Positions 1 to 9,079 of a DNA stretch of 64,000 bases are shown piece by piece. A program made the position numbers and the translations under genes. Each line of letters opens with the position of its first letter. The first letter of the stretch is position 1. A model generated the notes under the pieces. It was not told where the DNA came from and made no database searches. It saw only the letters and a program-made list of their open reading frames with translations. The DNA comes from an uncultured delta proteobacterium (GTDB lineage Bacteria > Desulfobacterota > Binatia > UBA9968): contig CAWFJP010000031.1 of NCBI GenBank assembly GCA_963816145.1, positions 448,001 to 512,000 of the forward strand, given 5' to 3'.

Positions 1-133
1 GAAAACAAGACCCGCGGAACTCGTCGCGCGGGATGTCGTTCGCGGCTTCGTTTCAATTGAAAGCGCGCGCGACGATTACGGTGTTGTCATTGACGCTAAT
101 GGGAAAGCATCTAGAAGAAAGGATGAAGGATGA
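1..133 (+). CDS. hydantoinase B/oxoprolinase family protein, C-terminal end (5' partial)
   Basis: Frame 2 reads KTRPAELVARDVVRGFVSIESARDDYGVVID..., matching the C-terminus of the 2461-4155 paralogue (RPRESVERDVMRGYVSAEAAAKDYG); TGA at 131-133. Confidence 0.85.
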   Translation, partial: KTRPAELVARDVVRGFVSIESARDDYGVVIDANGKASRRKDEG

Positions 134-200
134 AGGCGGATGGATGAATTCGGGAAGGTTTCCGAGACCTGATTTTTTCCGCCTTCATCCCTCATCCTTC
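118..200. repeat. heptamer (AAGGATG/AAGGCGG) inverted-repeat element, empty site
   Basis: aaggatgaaggatgaaggcggatggatgaa ... ttccgccttcatccctcatccttc; related copies at 6683-6712, 52266-52325 and 61628-61668. Confidence 0.8.
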
Positions 201-219
201 AGCCTTTTTTGATACATAA

Positions 220-2271
220 ATGTCCTACGCCATCGCCGTCGATATCGGCGGCACCTTTACCGACCTGGTTGCTTTCGACCACGAAACGCAAAAAGTTCTT
301 TACGCCAAGAGCCCGACGACCTATGACAATCTCGTAGAGGGGATTCTCGATTGCTTCAACAAGGCCAAGATCACTCCGGCGCAGGCGTCGCTGGTCAATC
401 ACGGCACGACGCTGGTGATCAATTCTTTGATCCAGCGCAAGGGTTCGAAGACCGCGCTGGTCACCACCCAAGGGTTTCGCGACATATTGGAAATCGCCCG
501 CGGCAACCGGCCCGATCCCTTCGATCTGCACTATCAGCGTGACGAGCCGCTGATTCCACGCGAACTGCGGCTCGAAGTGCCCGAGCGCATGGGGAGCAAG
601 GGCGAAGTGGTCACGCCGCTGGATATGTCGGCGCTGGAAAAGCTCGCCGGTGAAATCAAGACTCTCGGCGCCGAGTCGGTGGCGATTTTTTTCATGAACT
701 CATACATCAATCCAGCCCATGAAGAAGCTGCCTGTGCGACGTTGAAAAAACTGCTGCCCGACGTCTACGTCACTTACAGCACCGATCTGACGCGCGAGTG
801 GTACGAATACGAGCGCTGCTCCACCGCAGCCGCCAACGCTTACGTCGGGCCGCAGGTGAGCACCTACATTCGCCGCCTCGATAGCGATCTCAAAAAGCAG
901 GGCTTCCCAGGAACGCTGTTCATGATGGGTTCCAATGGGGGCTTATTATCCGCCGAACGCACCTGCCGCCAGCCAATCGGCTTGGTCGAGTCCGGTCCCA
1001 TTGGCGGCTGCATCGGTGCCGGCGCCTACGCCGAAAAGCTCGGTTTCAAAAATGTCGTGGCCTTCGACATGGGCGGCACGACGGCGAAGTGCGCGCTGGT
1101 CGAAAACGGCCGCTACTCGGTCAACTCGCTTTACTACGCCAACGGCTATGTCAAAGGCTTTCCGATCAAATCGGCGGTTATCGATATCGTCGAGGTTGGC
1201 TCCGGCGGTGGATCCATCGCTTGGCTCGATTCCCAGAAGCGCTTGCACGTTGGACCGCAAAGCGCCGGTTCGACGCCCGGCCCGGTTTGCTACGGCCGCG
1301 GCGGCGCGGAACCTACCGTCACCGACGCCAATCTGGTTCTGGGACGGCTCAACCCTGCTAATTTTCTCGGCGGCGAGATGCAACTCGATATCGCGGCGGC
1401 GAAGCGCGCCGTCAGCGAGCGCATTGCTATGCCGCTCGGTTACGGCGGCGACGACGGCACAACGCAGATGGCCGATGGAATTATTTCCATCGCCACTGTG
1501 ATTATGGCCGGGGCGATTCGTAAAATTTCCGTTGAGCATGGCCTCGACCCGCGAGATTTCATTCTGTTCAGTTACGGCGGCGGCGGGCCCCTGCACTCTT
1601 GCGCGCTCGCCCATGAATTGTCGATTCCCATCGTCGTCATACCGCCCGAGCCGGGCAATTTTTCCGCCATCGGCATGCTGCTCGCCGACGCGCGCATCGA
1701 CACCTCGAAGACTTTCGTTGGAATTTTAAACGACAATTCGGTGCCGGAGATGGCGCAGCTTTATAAAACCATGGAGCAGGAGGCAGCCCACGCCTTGGCG
1801 AAAGAATTCGGCACTGGCGAAGTGTTTTTCGAGCACCACGCCGAGATGCGCTACCGCGGCCAGCGCCATAACATCAAAGTGCCGGTGTCAGGATTGAAGA
1901 ACGCCGAGCAAATTCGCGCCGCTTTCGAGCGCGACTACAAGCGGCGCTACGGTCATGCCGATGCCAAAGCGCCGGCGGAATTTCAAGCGCTTCACTTGTC
2001 GGCCTTCGCCAAACTCAAACAACCCGATGTCGCGAGATTGCCGCGCGCCGCCGCGCTAGCGCCGGCCAAACAGACGAGAAAAATCTACATCGGCAACGCC
2101 GGCGGTTGGCTTGACGCGCCGATTTATCATCGCGACGCCTTGGCGCCTGGATTCAAAGCGGCGGGGCCGGCGGTGATCGAAGAATATGGCTCGACGACGA
2201 TCGTTTGGCTGGGCGATAGGTTCGAAGTTGGCGAGTTGCATGAGATTAGGATTTATTGCGCGGGAAATTGA
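220..2271 (+). CDS. hydantoinase A/oxoprolinase family ATP-binding subunit
   Basis: DIGGTFTD, HGTT, ESGP, DMGGTT, GGGS, GPQSAGSTPGP and PTVTDANLVLG motifs; 683 aa. Confidence 0.95.
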   Translation: MSYAIAVDIGGTFTDLVAFDHETQKVLYAKSPTTYDNLVEGILDCFNKAKITPAQASLVNHGTTLVINSLIQRKGSKTALVTTQGFRDILEIARGNRPDPFDLHYQRDEPLIPRELRLEVPERMGSKGEVVTPLDMSALEKLAGEIKTLGAESVAIFFMNSYINPAHEEAACATLKKLLPDVYVTYSTDLTREWYEYERCSTAAANAYVGPQVSTYIRRLDSDLKKQGFPGTLFMMGSNGGLLSAERTCRQPIGLVESGPIGGCIGAGAYAEKLGFKNVVAFDMGGTTAKCALVENGRYSVNSLYYANGYVKGFPIKSAVIDIVEVGSGGGSIAWLDSQKRLHVGPQSAGSTPGPVCYGRGGAEPTVTDANLVLGRLNPANFLGGEMQLDIAAAKRAVSERIAMPLGYGGDDGTTQMADGIISIATVIMAGAIRKISVEHGLDPRDFILFSYGGGGPLHSCALAHELSIPIVVIPPEPGNFSAIGMLLADARIDTSKTFVGILNDNSVPEMAQLYKTMEQEAAHALAKEFGTGEVFFEHHAEMRYRGQRHNIKVPVSGLKNAEQIRAAFERDYKRRYGHADAKAPAEFQALHLSAFAKLKQPDVARLPRAAALAPAKQTRKIYIGNAGGWLDAPIYHRDALAPGFKAAGPAVIEEYGSTTIVWLGDRFEVGELHEIRIYCAGN

Positions 2272-2315
2272 TAATTAAAATGTTGGCGTCGAGAGTTTCC
2301 AAGCGATTCCGAGTT

Positions 2316-2413
2316 CCTTTCACCTTGATGGGGAAAGGTTAGGATAGGGGTGCTGCGCACGTCATTGAATTAGCGGGCACCCCCACCTTCATCCTCCCCC
2401 GTCGAGGGGGAGG
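2316..2413. repeat. REP-like palindrome family (CCCCCACCTTCATCCTCCCCC..GGGGGAGG)
   Basis: Self-complementary purine/pyrimidine blocks; related copies at 12152-12231, 17853-17945 and 48143-48192. Confidence 0.75.
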
Positions 2414-2460
2414 AAAAAGAATTCGGAAGAATCGAACAACTCCAACACATTGAGCCAAAT

Positions 2461-4155
2461 ATGAAGTCTACGTCTGACGTACCGTCGATCGATCGCTCCG
2501 TCGACCCCATCACCCTCGAAGTGATCCGCCATGGACTGGTGTCGATCACGGACCAGATCGACGCCAATATCACGCGCACGGCGTTCAGCCCGTATATCTA
2601 CGAGTACAAGGATTTTGCCGTTGGCCTTGCCGGTCCGGACGGCGAGTTGATCGCCCAGAGCACCGGCGGCATGCCTGTCTTTGTCGCCGATTCGGTGGGC
2701 ATGGCGGTACGCGACGGACTGGCTGTCTACGGGCGCGACCGCTTGCACCGCGGCGACGTAGTGGTGTGCAATCATGCGGCGATCCAAGGCCAGCATCTAA
2801 ACAACACGGTGATGTACACGCCGATCTACGCCGGGCCGGGCTTTCGCACACTGATCGGCTTCTTCGCCATCAATGTGCACTGGATCGACATCGGTGGCAT
2901 TACGCCGCGCTCCAGCGATATTTTCATGGAGGGGTTGCAGCTGCGCTCGATCAAGCTTTGGTCCAAGGGCGAGCCGATTCAGGAAGTTTATCGGATCATC
3001 GAAAACAACACGCGCTTTCCGATCGAGCTGCTCGGCGACATCGCGGCGCAGCATGCGGGCTGTTTTCTGGGGCGGGATCTCACGCAGGCGCTGGCCGACA
3101 AATACGGCATCGAGATCTTTCTTGCCGCGTTGAAAACCATGCTCGATCAGAGCGAGGCGGCGGCGCGCGCCAAAATCCGCGCCATTCCCGACGGCGAGTA
3201 CCGCCATGACACGTTCTTCGACAACGACGGCGAATCCGACGAGCCTTTGCCGATCCGCGTGAAAGTGATCGTCGCCGGCGACGAATTGACGATTGATTAC
3301 TCCGAGATCGCCGCGCAGGTGCGCGGCTGCATCAACTCGGGTTACTACGGCGGCGGGCGCACTACGGCGCGGGTGGCGTTCAAGTATTTAGTCGCCTTCG
3401 ATGAGCCGGCCAACGAAGGCACGTTCCGGCCGCTGAAAATGATTCTCCCCGAAGGCAAGATCCTGAGCGCCCATCCGACCGCGCCGATGGGCAACTATTC
3501 GCAGCCCTTCCCGACGGTAATCGACGCGATCATCAAGGCGTTGGAGAAAGCGCTTCCCGAGCGCGTCACCGGCGCCCACTTCGGAACTTTTTCGGGCGTG
3601 CGTTTCCGCGGCAGGCGCGCCAACGGCACGCTGTTCGATTGCCACGACAGCGGCCACGGCGGTTGGGGCGGTTGCGCGACCCACGACGGCGCCGGACCGT
3701 TCCGCACCATGGCGCATGGCGACACGCGCATCATTCCCGTCGAGCTGCAAGAGTCGATGTATCCCTATCGCGTCATCGAGTTCGGCCTGCGCGAAGATTC
3801 CGCAGGCGCCGGAAAATTCCGCGGCGGCTTGGGATTCCGCAAAAAATATCAATTGCTCGGCGACGCCGATTTGCAGGCGATGTTCGATCGCGTCAAATAT
3901 CCGCCCTGGGGGGTCTACGGCGGCAAGGAAGGCAAGTCGGGGCAAATCATCGTCGAAAAAATTTCCGGCGAAAAAGAAGTCATCTACAAAGCAAAGGCCT
4001 ATCCGCTCAACGCCGGCGATCAGATCACCGTCGAAACCGGCGGCGGCGGTGGTTACGGATTGCCAACCGAACGGCCGCGGGAATCCGTCGAGCGCGACGT
4101 CATGCGCGGCTATGTTTCAGCCGAAGCGGCAGCCAAGGATTACGGCGCGAGATAG
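2461..4155 (+). CDS. hydantoinase B/oxoprolinase family protein
   Basis: DPITLEVI, RTAFSP, HWIDIGG, EGLQ, DSAGAGKFRGGLG and TGGGGGYG motifs; 564 aa. Confidence 0.95.
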   Translation: MKSTSDVPSIDRSVDPITLEVIRHGLVSITDQIDANITRTAFSPYIYEYKDFAVGLAGPDGELIAQSTGGMPVFVADSVGMAVRDGLAVYGRDRLHRGDVVVCNHAAIQGQHLNNTVMYTPIYAGPGFRTLIGFFAINVHWIDIGGITPRSSDIFMEGLQLRSIKLWSKGEPIQEVYRIIENNTRFPIELLGDIAAQHAGCFLGRDLTQALADKYGIEIFLAALKTMLDQSEAAARAKIRAIPDGEYRHDTFFDNDGESDEPLPIRVKVIVAGDELTIDYSEIAAQVRGCINSGYYGGGRTTARVAFKYLVAFDEPANEGTFRPLKMILPEGKILSAHPTAPMGNYSQPFPTVIDAIIKALEKALPERVTGAHFGTFSGVRFRGRRANGTLFDCHDSGHGGWGGCATHDGAGPFRTMAHGDTRIIPVELQESMYPYRVIEFGLREDSAGAGKFRGGLGFRKKYQLLGDADLQAMFDRVKYPPWGVYGGKEGKSGQIIVEKISGEKEVIYKAKAYPLNAGDQITVETGGGGGYGLPTERPRESVERDVMRGYVSAEAAAKDYGAR

Positions 4156-4241
4156 AGCCGAACCACCCGTTTCTTCGCTATCTTCTCAATGTCCCTTTGG
4201 GGGACGGCTGGATTCCTTGCCGTCAGGTGAAGAAACGATCC

Positions 4242-4325
4242 GTCATGCCGGCGTAGGCCGGCATCCATCTTCGTTTGCGCTGCAAAACCGAAGAAATTGT
4301 GGATTCCGGCCTGCGCCGGAATGAC
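4242..4325. repeat. GTCATGCCGG..GGCATCCA / TGGATTCCGG..GGAATGAC palindromic element
   Basis: Two nested palindromic arms; copies at 35777-35842 and 43883-43964. Confidence 0.8.
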
Positions 4326-4424
4326 GCAAGGCGGAGTCGACTGAATTCACAACCCCTCGACTTAAATCCAAGCGGCATACAGGGTAGTCGATTCGGTGTC
4401 GATGACCCCGAAATGACTCAGCCA

Positions 4425-4860
4425 TCACGATGCGACAATTTCTTCGAAAGGTCGGTTCCGGCATGCCTTTCTGCCAAGTTGCATCGCGAATTTCCAGGCG
4501 GTTGCCGCTCGGATCGTGAATGTAAAGCTCGCGCCCGGTAAAATGGCCTTTGGCGCGGTATTCGAGTTCGACGATGGGAACTTTCTTTTCGTGAAATGTC
4601 TTGCAAGCCGCGACAAATCCTTCCGGGCTGACATTGAACGAGTGATGCACGCGCTCTTCGACGATGGTCTCGTCCTGCGGCTTTTGCCGCTCGCATAAAA
4701 GAATGTTGTGATCGCCGATGTTGAAGCAGGTCATCACGCCGTTGCTCAGCCGCCCCAAGAGCTCGAGACCGAGCACACCGCCGTAAAACTCTTCGGATTC
4801 TTTCAAATTGTTGACCGGTATCGACCAGTGGGTCACGCCTTCAATTTTGAATGTTCCCAT
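4425..4860 (-). CDS. VOC/glyoxalase family protein (1-nt frameshift near the 3' end)
   Basis: AAGGAGG RBS before ATG 4860; HWSIPV..FY..VLGL and YIHDPSGNRLE motifs; removing one base at 4447-4449 gives the C-terminus PEPTFEEIVAS* with stop at 4425. Confidence 0.85.
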
Positions 4861-4995
4861 AGAGCCTCCTTTATGCCGATTGGAACTGCTAATCTTTACA
4901 ACCTTCAATGCCCTTTAGGCAAGATGATGAGCGCGCGACTAGAATGCTCCAAAGACGTCATGGTCTACAGTCGGATTGGAAGGCGGAGTCGCGTT

Positions 4996-5382
4996 CTAAA
5001 ATTCGATGGTACCCTTCGCCACTAATATCCTTGCTTTCATTCGGCATAGGAGATCCATACCCAAGAGTCCATCGATGTTACCGCCAAAAGGCAGGGTATG
5101 TGCGACGGTTATGACCCGGCGAAATTGACGACCTAAAGTGTCGAGTTTCTCGACGATTACTTTTGGCGCCATAATATAGCCGCTGCCGGTCGCGATACGT
5201 TCATGCTGCTTGCTTTGGGTGGGACTCAATCCGACGGACTCGAGAACTTCTACAGGCAAGATGGTGTATGTTGAACCCGTATCTACCAGCAGATTGATTA
5301 CTTTGGTTCCTTCTGGCCCGCTGACAGCAGCTCGTGTGACGAGGAGGTTTCCGACTCGGGTTAGCGTATACGATGATGGCAA
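4996..5382 (-). CDS. retropepsin-like (clan AA) aspartic protease
   Basis: LLVDTGSTYT catalytic motif and IDGLLGMDLL; 128 aa single domain. Confidence 0.9.
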   Translation of the reverse strand: MPSSYTLTRVGNLLVTRAAVSGPEGTKVINLLVDTGSTYTILPVEVLESVGLSPTQSKQHERIATGSGYIMAPKVIVEKLDTLGRQFRRVITVAHTLPFGGNIDGLLGMDLLCRMKARILVAKGTIEF

Positions 5383-5594
5383 AACATCACCGCCGCGTCT
5401 TCATCAATCTTTCCGAAGAATTCGAGGGAAACATTCTTGCCGCGGGTGCCGAGCAGGGCTTTGTAAATGTCGTCTTTAGTCGCTGCATGAGCAATCACCC
5501 GCCCAGCCTTCGGACGCAATTGCTTATCCAACTTAGTGTACTCGATGAGCACCCACTGATTTTGGTATTGTTTCTTGATCTTCGCGATATCCAT
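5361..5594 (-). CDS. small DUF5678-like protein coupled to the aspartic protease
   Basis: KKQYQNQWVLI..GRVIAH..DIYKAL pattern typical of the small partners found upstream of retropepsin genes; overlaps the protease start. Confidence 0.6.
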   Translation of the reverse strand: MDIAKIKKQYQNQWVLIEYTKLDKQLRPKAGRVIAHAATKDDIYKALLGTRGKNVSLEFFGKIDEDAAVMFCHHRIR

Positions 5595-5696
5595 AATCAC
5601 GACTCCCAGCCAATGCAAGGTCCACTACAATCTAGCAAGAAGTGTATTCAATCCAGTAGTTTCGTACAAGTCAGACAAACTAGGATTCACGCAGGG

Positions 5697-6668
5697 CTAC
5701 CGTCCAATCGATCCTTCTCTAATGATATCATCCAAAATCGTTTCGTCGATAAACTGCGCCGCGCTGATCGGACGGTCGATCTTCTGCCCGGCGCGGGCGA
5801 AGTCGACAAGCAGTTGATAGCCTTCGACGCGATTTCTGCCGTCGGGGCTAAGGAGTTCGAGCAACACTTTGTACGCTAGGCCGGCGATCTCCTGATCCAT
5901 GCCGAACTCGCGCATGATCATTTGCGTGGTGTCGGCGCGGTTGTCGCGGATGTAGTTCATGGCGCGTAGCGCGGCGCGCATGAAGCGCTTGATCATGTTC
6001 GGTTGCTTCTTGATTTTATCGGCGTGGGTGACGAACGCCGTGCCCGGAACGTCGACATAGTCACGGGTGGCGGCAATCTTGATAAATCCGTCTTTCTCGG
6101 CGCGCAGGCTGTGCGGCGCGCTCAACATCGATGCGGCGAGGGTTCCCGACTTCAACGCCGCGTACCGTTCCGGTGTGCCGCCCATGTTCAACAAAATAAA
6201 ATCGCGCTCGGGTGAGAAGCCTTCCTTGACGATAATCCTGCGCAGCAGCGTGTCGACCAGCCCCCCGGGGTTGAGCGAACCTATGGATTGGCCTTTGAGT
6301 TGGGCCAGGTTGCGATATTTCGTCTGAGCGTAGAGCGCCTGATCGACGAAGGCGTTCATACTCATGACCACCCGCAGCGGCGCGCCGGCGACGAACGCTG
6401 TGACCGCCGTAGTGCTGCCGGTGCCGAAGTCGGCATCGCCGGTGATGATCGCCTTGATATCGATGCCGCCGCGCATGTAGACCATGCTGACGCTCAAGTT
6501 TTCTTTTTGAAAAAAGCCGCGCCGCTGCGCGGTTTCCAGGATTGGAAAGTTGGTGATCGACTTGCTCGGATAGCTGACAACGACGCGGTCGACGGATGTT
6601 TGCGCTTCGGCGCGATGCGCGATTAGCAACGTCAATGAAAAAAGCGCGAGAAAGATTCCCTTCAGCAT
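5697..6668 (-). CDS. ABC transporter substrate-binding protein (SsuA/NMT1 type)
   Basis: Signal peptide (AEA), GFFQKENL, LKGQSIG, RYAALKSG; AAGGAG RBS. Confidence 0.9.
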   Translation of the reverse strand: MLKGIFLALFSLTLLIAHRAEAQTSVDRVVVSYPSKSITNFPILETAQRRGFFQKENLSVSMVYMRGGIDIKAIITGDADFGTGSTTAVTAFVAGAPLRVVMSMNAFVDQALYAQTKYRNLAQLKGQSIGSLNPGGLVDTLLRRIIVKEGFSPERDFILLNMGGTPERYAALKSGTLAASMLSAPHSLRAEKDGFIKIAATRDYVDVPGTAFVTHADKIKKQPNMIKRFMRAALRAMNYIRDNRADTTQMIMREFGMDQEIAGLAYKVLLELLSPDGRNRVEGYQLLVDFARAGQKIDRPISAAQFIDETILDDIIREGSIGR

Positions 6669-6682
6669 GGCGGCTCTCCTTT

Positions 6683-6712
6683 AAGGATGAAGGCGGAAGG
6701 ATGAAGGATGAA
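6683..6712. repeat. heptamer (AAGGATG) array at the 3' flank of the four-helix-bundle remnant
   Basis: aaggatgaaggcggaaggatgaaggatgaa. Confidence 0.8.
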
Positions 6713-6733
6713 ATTCGGAATGAATACCGAGCT

Positions 6734-6919
6734 TTACGATTTCAAAGATTTGCCTCGGGACTTTGTCTTGTTGACTATACTCACAAAGATTCTGATCAAT
6801 TCTGTAGTTTCTTGTTGCAGCGACTCTAGTTTCTCCCGGTCGCCCATATCCAAGTCGGACAGGAGTTCGAGCCAGTATCCGGTCTCTTCAAGTTCCTGAA
6901 GTCCCCCTTCAATTTTCAA
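6734..6919 (-). pseudogene. four helix bundle (23S rRNA IVS protein family) gene, 5' half missing
   Basis: KIEGGLQELEETGYWLELL...ETTELIRIFVSIV is the family C-terminal half; an in-frame TAG lies just upstream. Confidence 0.85.
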
Positions 6920-7094
6920 AGACCTCTACAATGCCGTAACCGGAAGCGAAATCCAGAAGCAACCCTTCTGGCAACAATTTAAGGAGTCGGCGACTCGTAG
7001 AAACAAGGCGGTCCATGCCGGAGAGATTGCGACTAAGGAGGAGGCGGAGGATTCATTCAAAGCCGCGAGCAGTCTAATCGCATACCTAAAATGA
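6918..7094 (+). pseudogene. HEPN-domain protein, C-terminal remnant
   Basis: No start codon; reads KDLYNAVTGSEIQKQPFWQQFKESATRRNKAVHAGEIATKEEAEDSFKAASSLIAYLK* with Rx4H motif RNKAVH; absent from the ORF track. Confidence 0.7.
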
Positions 7095-7201
7095 TGCAAA
7101 GTTTGCGCGCCGAACCCGCCACTGGAGCCGATATCAACTACGCTCTTTTTTGTCCCTTTCGTGCTGACGGTTTGGCGATGCAACGCTATCCTTAAAAAGA
7201 T

Positions 7202-7765
7202 ATGTCACTAGTTCAATTACACGCACAAAAAACGATCGAATACCTTGAGGAAGACTTGATTTCATACGAAGCCGTGTTCAACGAAAGAAAGCTTCCCGGC
7301 AAGCTGGGTGTCGGCATGATCACTAACGCCATGGCAGCGCTCGATTCGTTCGCATGGCTGCTATATCAAACTCTAGACCAGAAACTCTCAACCCGTGATC
7401 TGTTCAAAAAACTGATCACCGACTCACGCTTTTTTACAACCACAGATTTCAAAAATGAAAAGCTTCTTTACGGCATAGTGCGCTGCGGCGTAGTTCATCA
7501 GTACTACGCAAAAAATATCGACATTGTTGCACGAGACAATCACCATGTTTTCATGCAGATTGGTGGAAAACGGGCGGCCATCAATGCGTTAGGGCTTTAC
7601 CGAAAAACACTCGAAGGACTTACGAAAGTTCGCGATCACATTCTTACACTTTCTGGGAAAGACCTTGATGCGATGGATTTTAAGTTGGAACTACGATTTC
7701 GCCTGGATGAGGAACAACTTGAAGGAGCAAGTTTGGATATCGGCACACTACCACAGGTGAAGTAG
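7202..7765 (+). CDS. hypothetical protein, putative HEPN-family RNase
   Basis: AT-richer 187-aa helical ORF with YGIVRCGVVH (Rx4H). Confidence 0.6.
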   Translation: MSLVQLHAQKTIEYLEEDLISYEAVFNERKLPGKLGVGMITNAMAALDSFAWLLYQTLDQKLSTRDLFKKLITDSRFFTTTDFKNEKLLYGIVRCGVVHQYYAKNIDIVARDNHHVFMQIGGKRAAINALGLYRKTLEGLTKVRDHILTLSGKDLDAMDFKLELRFRLDEEQLEGASLDIGTLPQVK

Positions 7766-7830
7766 TAACTCTGGAAAGCTGAGCGGCGCTGGCGACCGTT
7801 TCATTGAAGCTTAATACGGATCAGTACACC

Positions 7831-7900
7831 GCTAGCGAGACGCCGTTGACTACGACGGGAACGAACGGTAAAGCGGAATCTGGGAGCACAAACAGATTTC
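7831..7900 (+). repeat. ~70-bp intergenic direct repeat, copy 1
   Basis: Core cgacgggaacgaacggtaaagcggaatctgggagcacaaacagatttc matches 8541-8587 at about 40 of 48 positions (manual alignment). Confidence 0.75.
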
Positions 7901-7957
7901 ACTGCCCTTGAGTTCTTAAACTGAACGCCACGACGCTAGGTGGTAGAGCAACAGAAA

Positions 7958-8514
7958 ATGCCACAAGACAGTTGGTACTATTTTCTCGCGATAGAGTCTG
8001 ATCTAGAGACGACGGCTCGTTTCGTCGAGCCCACCGTTGCCAACGACTCTTGCTACTCTATTGAGTTTGCAAGGTTACTTATGGGTGCAGCTGCTGAGGT
8101 TGAAGTGGTGGCGATACAGCTTGCCGGCCGGTCGCGGCATTGCCCAAGAAGCCGAACATCGACGACCTTAGGATTGCCTTTCAAAAGCATTATCCGAAGT
8201 TTCACACCATGGAAATCCTTGTCCCTCGCGCATCACGAACGCTCAACCCGTGGCGCGACTGGGCTGGCGCCAACACTCCCGGATGGTGGACGGCACACAA
8301 TCGCGTGAAGCATGACCGGCATAATTCCTTTGCAGACGCTTCGCTCATAAATTCGCTGGAAGCTGTCGCCGGTCTACTTTGTCTTCAGCTTTATCTTCAT
8401 CGAGACGAATACAAGATTGCCTCCCTGGAGCCATGGTGTCGATTTCTCAGCGTTCAAGGGCATTACCAAGGAGTCGTCGGTGGTCCAGGAGGATCGCTCC
8501 CGGACTTTGCGTGA
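7958..8514 (+). CDS. conserved hypothetical protein, HEPN-like, split by a frameshift near 8120-8140
   Basis: N-half WYYFLAIESDL..RFVE..YSIEFARLL..EVEVVA and C-half PW..W..PGWWTAHNRVKHDR..F..ASL.N.LEAVAGL read as one family protein across two frames. Confidence 0.7.
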
Positions 8515-8518
8515 CAGC

Positions 8519-8587
8519 GTTAGACAAACGCCGCGTATCACGACGGAACGATGGGTTAAGCGGATTCTGGGACCACAAACGGATCTC
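8519..8587 (+). repeat. ~70-bp intergenic direct repeat, copy 2
   Basis: gttagacaaacgccgcgtatcacgacggaacgatgggttaagcggattctgggaccacaaacggatctc; homologous to 7831-7900. Confidence 0.75.
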
Positions 8588-8613
8588 GACCTTATTCTTG
8601 CGGGAGGTCATTG

Positions 8614-8622
8614 TGGTATAAT
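8614..8622 (+). promoter_or_regulatory. extended -10 promoter element (TGnTATAAT)
   Basis: Perfect TGGTATAAT about 30 bp upstream of the 8653/8656 start. Confidence 0.5.
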
Positions 8623-8655
8623 GCCTGCAAAGCCGGTATCACCAGTTGAACCGTG

Positions 8656-9066
8656 ATGGAATCAAATTTCACTATTATAAAATGTGCAAATTGTTTGGCC
8701 GTCCTTGGCGAAGAACCAAACATTCCTGTCGAACAACGAATACCCTGTCGGAGGTGCGGTTCGATGGCGCGGGCGTTTGAGGTGGAAATTGCTGAGACGG
8801 TGACGTTTCGAGATGCCCTCGGAATGAAAGCACGGCATGGTACCGGTGGGCGACCGTTTTACGAAACTAAGTCGGGCGCGGACTTTCATCGCGCTACTGG
8901 CCAATGGATGCAGCGCGATTTGGTAGTCGATCGCGAAAACGACCGGTACGTCGAACGTGTTGTCGATCCCGAAACTGGAGAAATCATACACGTCTGCGAA
9001 GAGCCATTAAGCAAACATCGGGGTCATGGAACGGCCAAGACGAAGTCGTCTGACAAGGACGGCTAG
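8656..9066 (+). CDS. zinc-ribbon hypothetical protein
   Basis: CANC...CRRC; C-terminal VDRENDRYVERVVDPETGEIIHVCEEPLSKHRGHG. Confidence 0.75.
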   Translation: MESNFTIIKCANCLAVLGEEPNIPVEQRIPCRRCGSMARAFEVEIAETVTFRDALGMKARHGTGGRPFYETKSGADFHRATGQWMQRDLVVDRENDRYVERVVDPETGEIIHVCEEPLSKHRGHGTAKTKSSDKDG

Positions 9067-9079
9067 GAGGCACGTGTAA

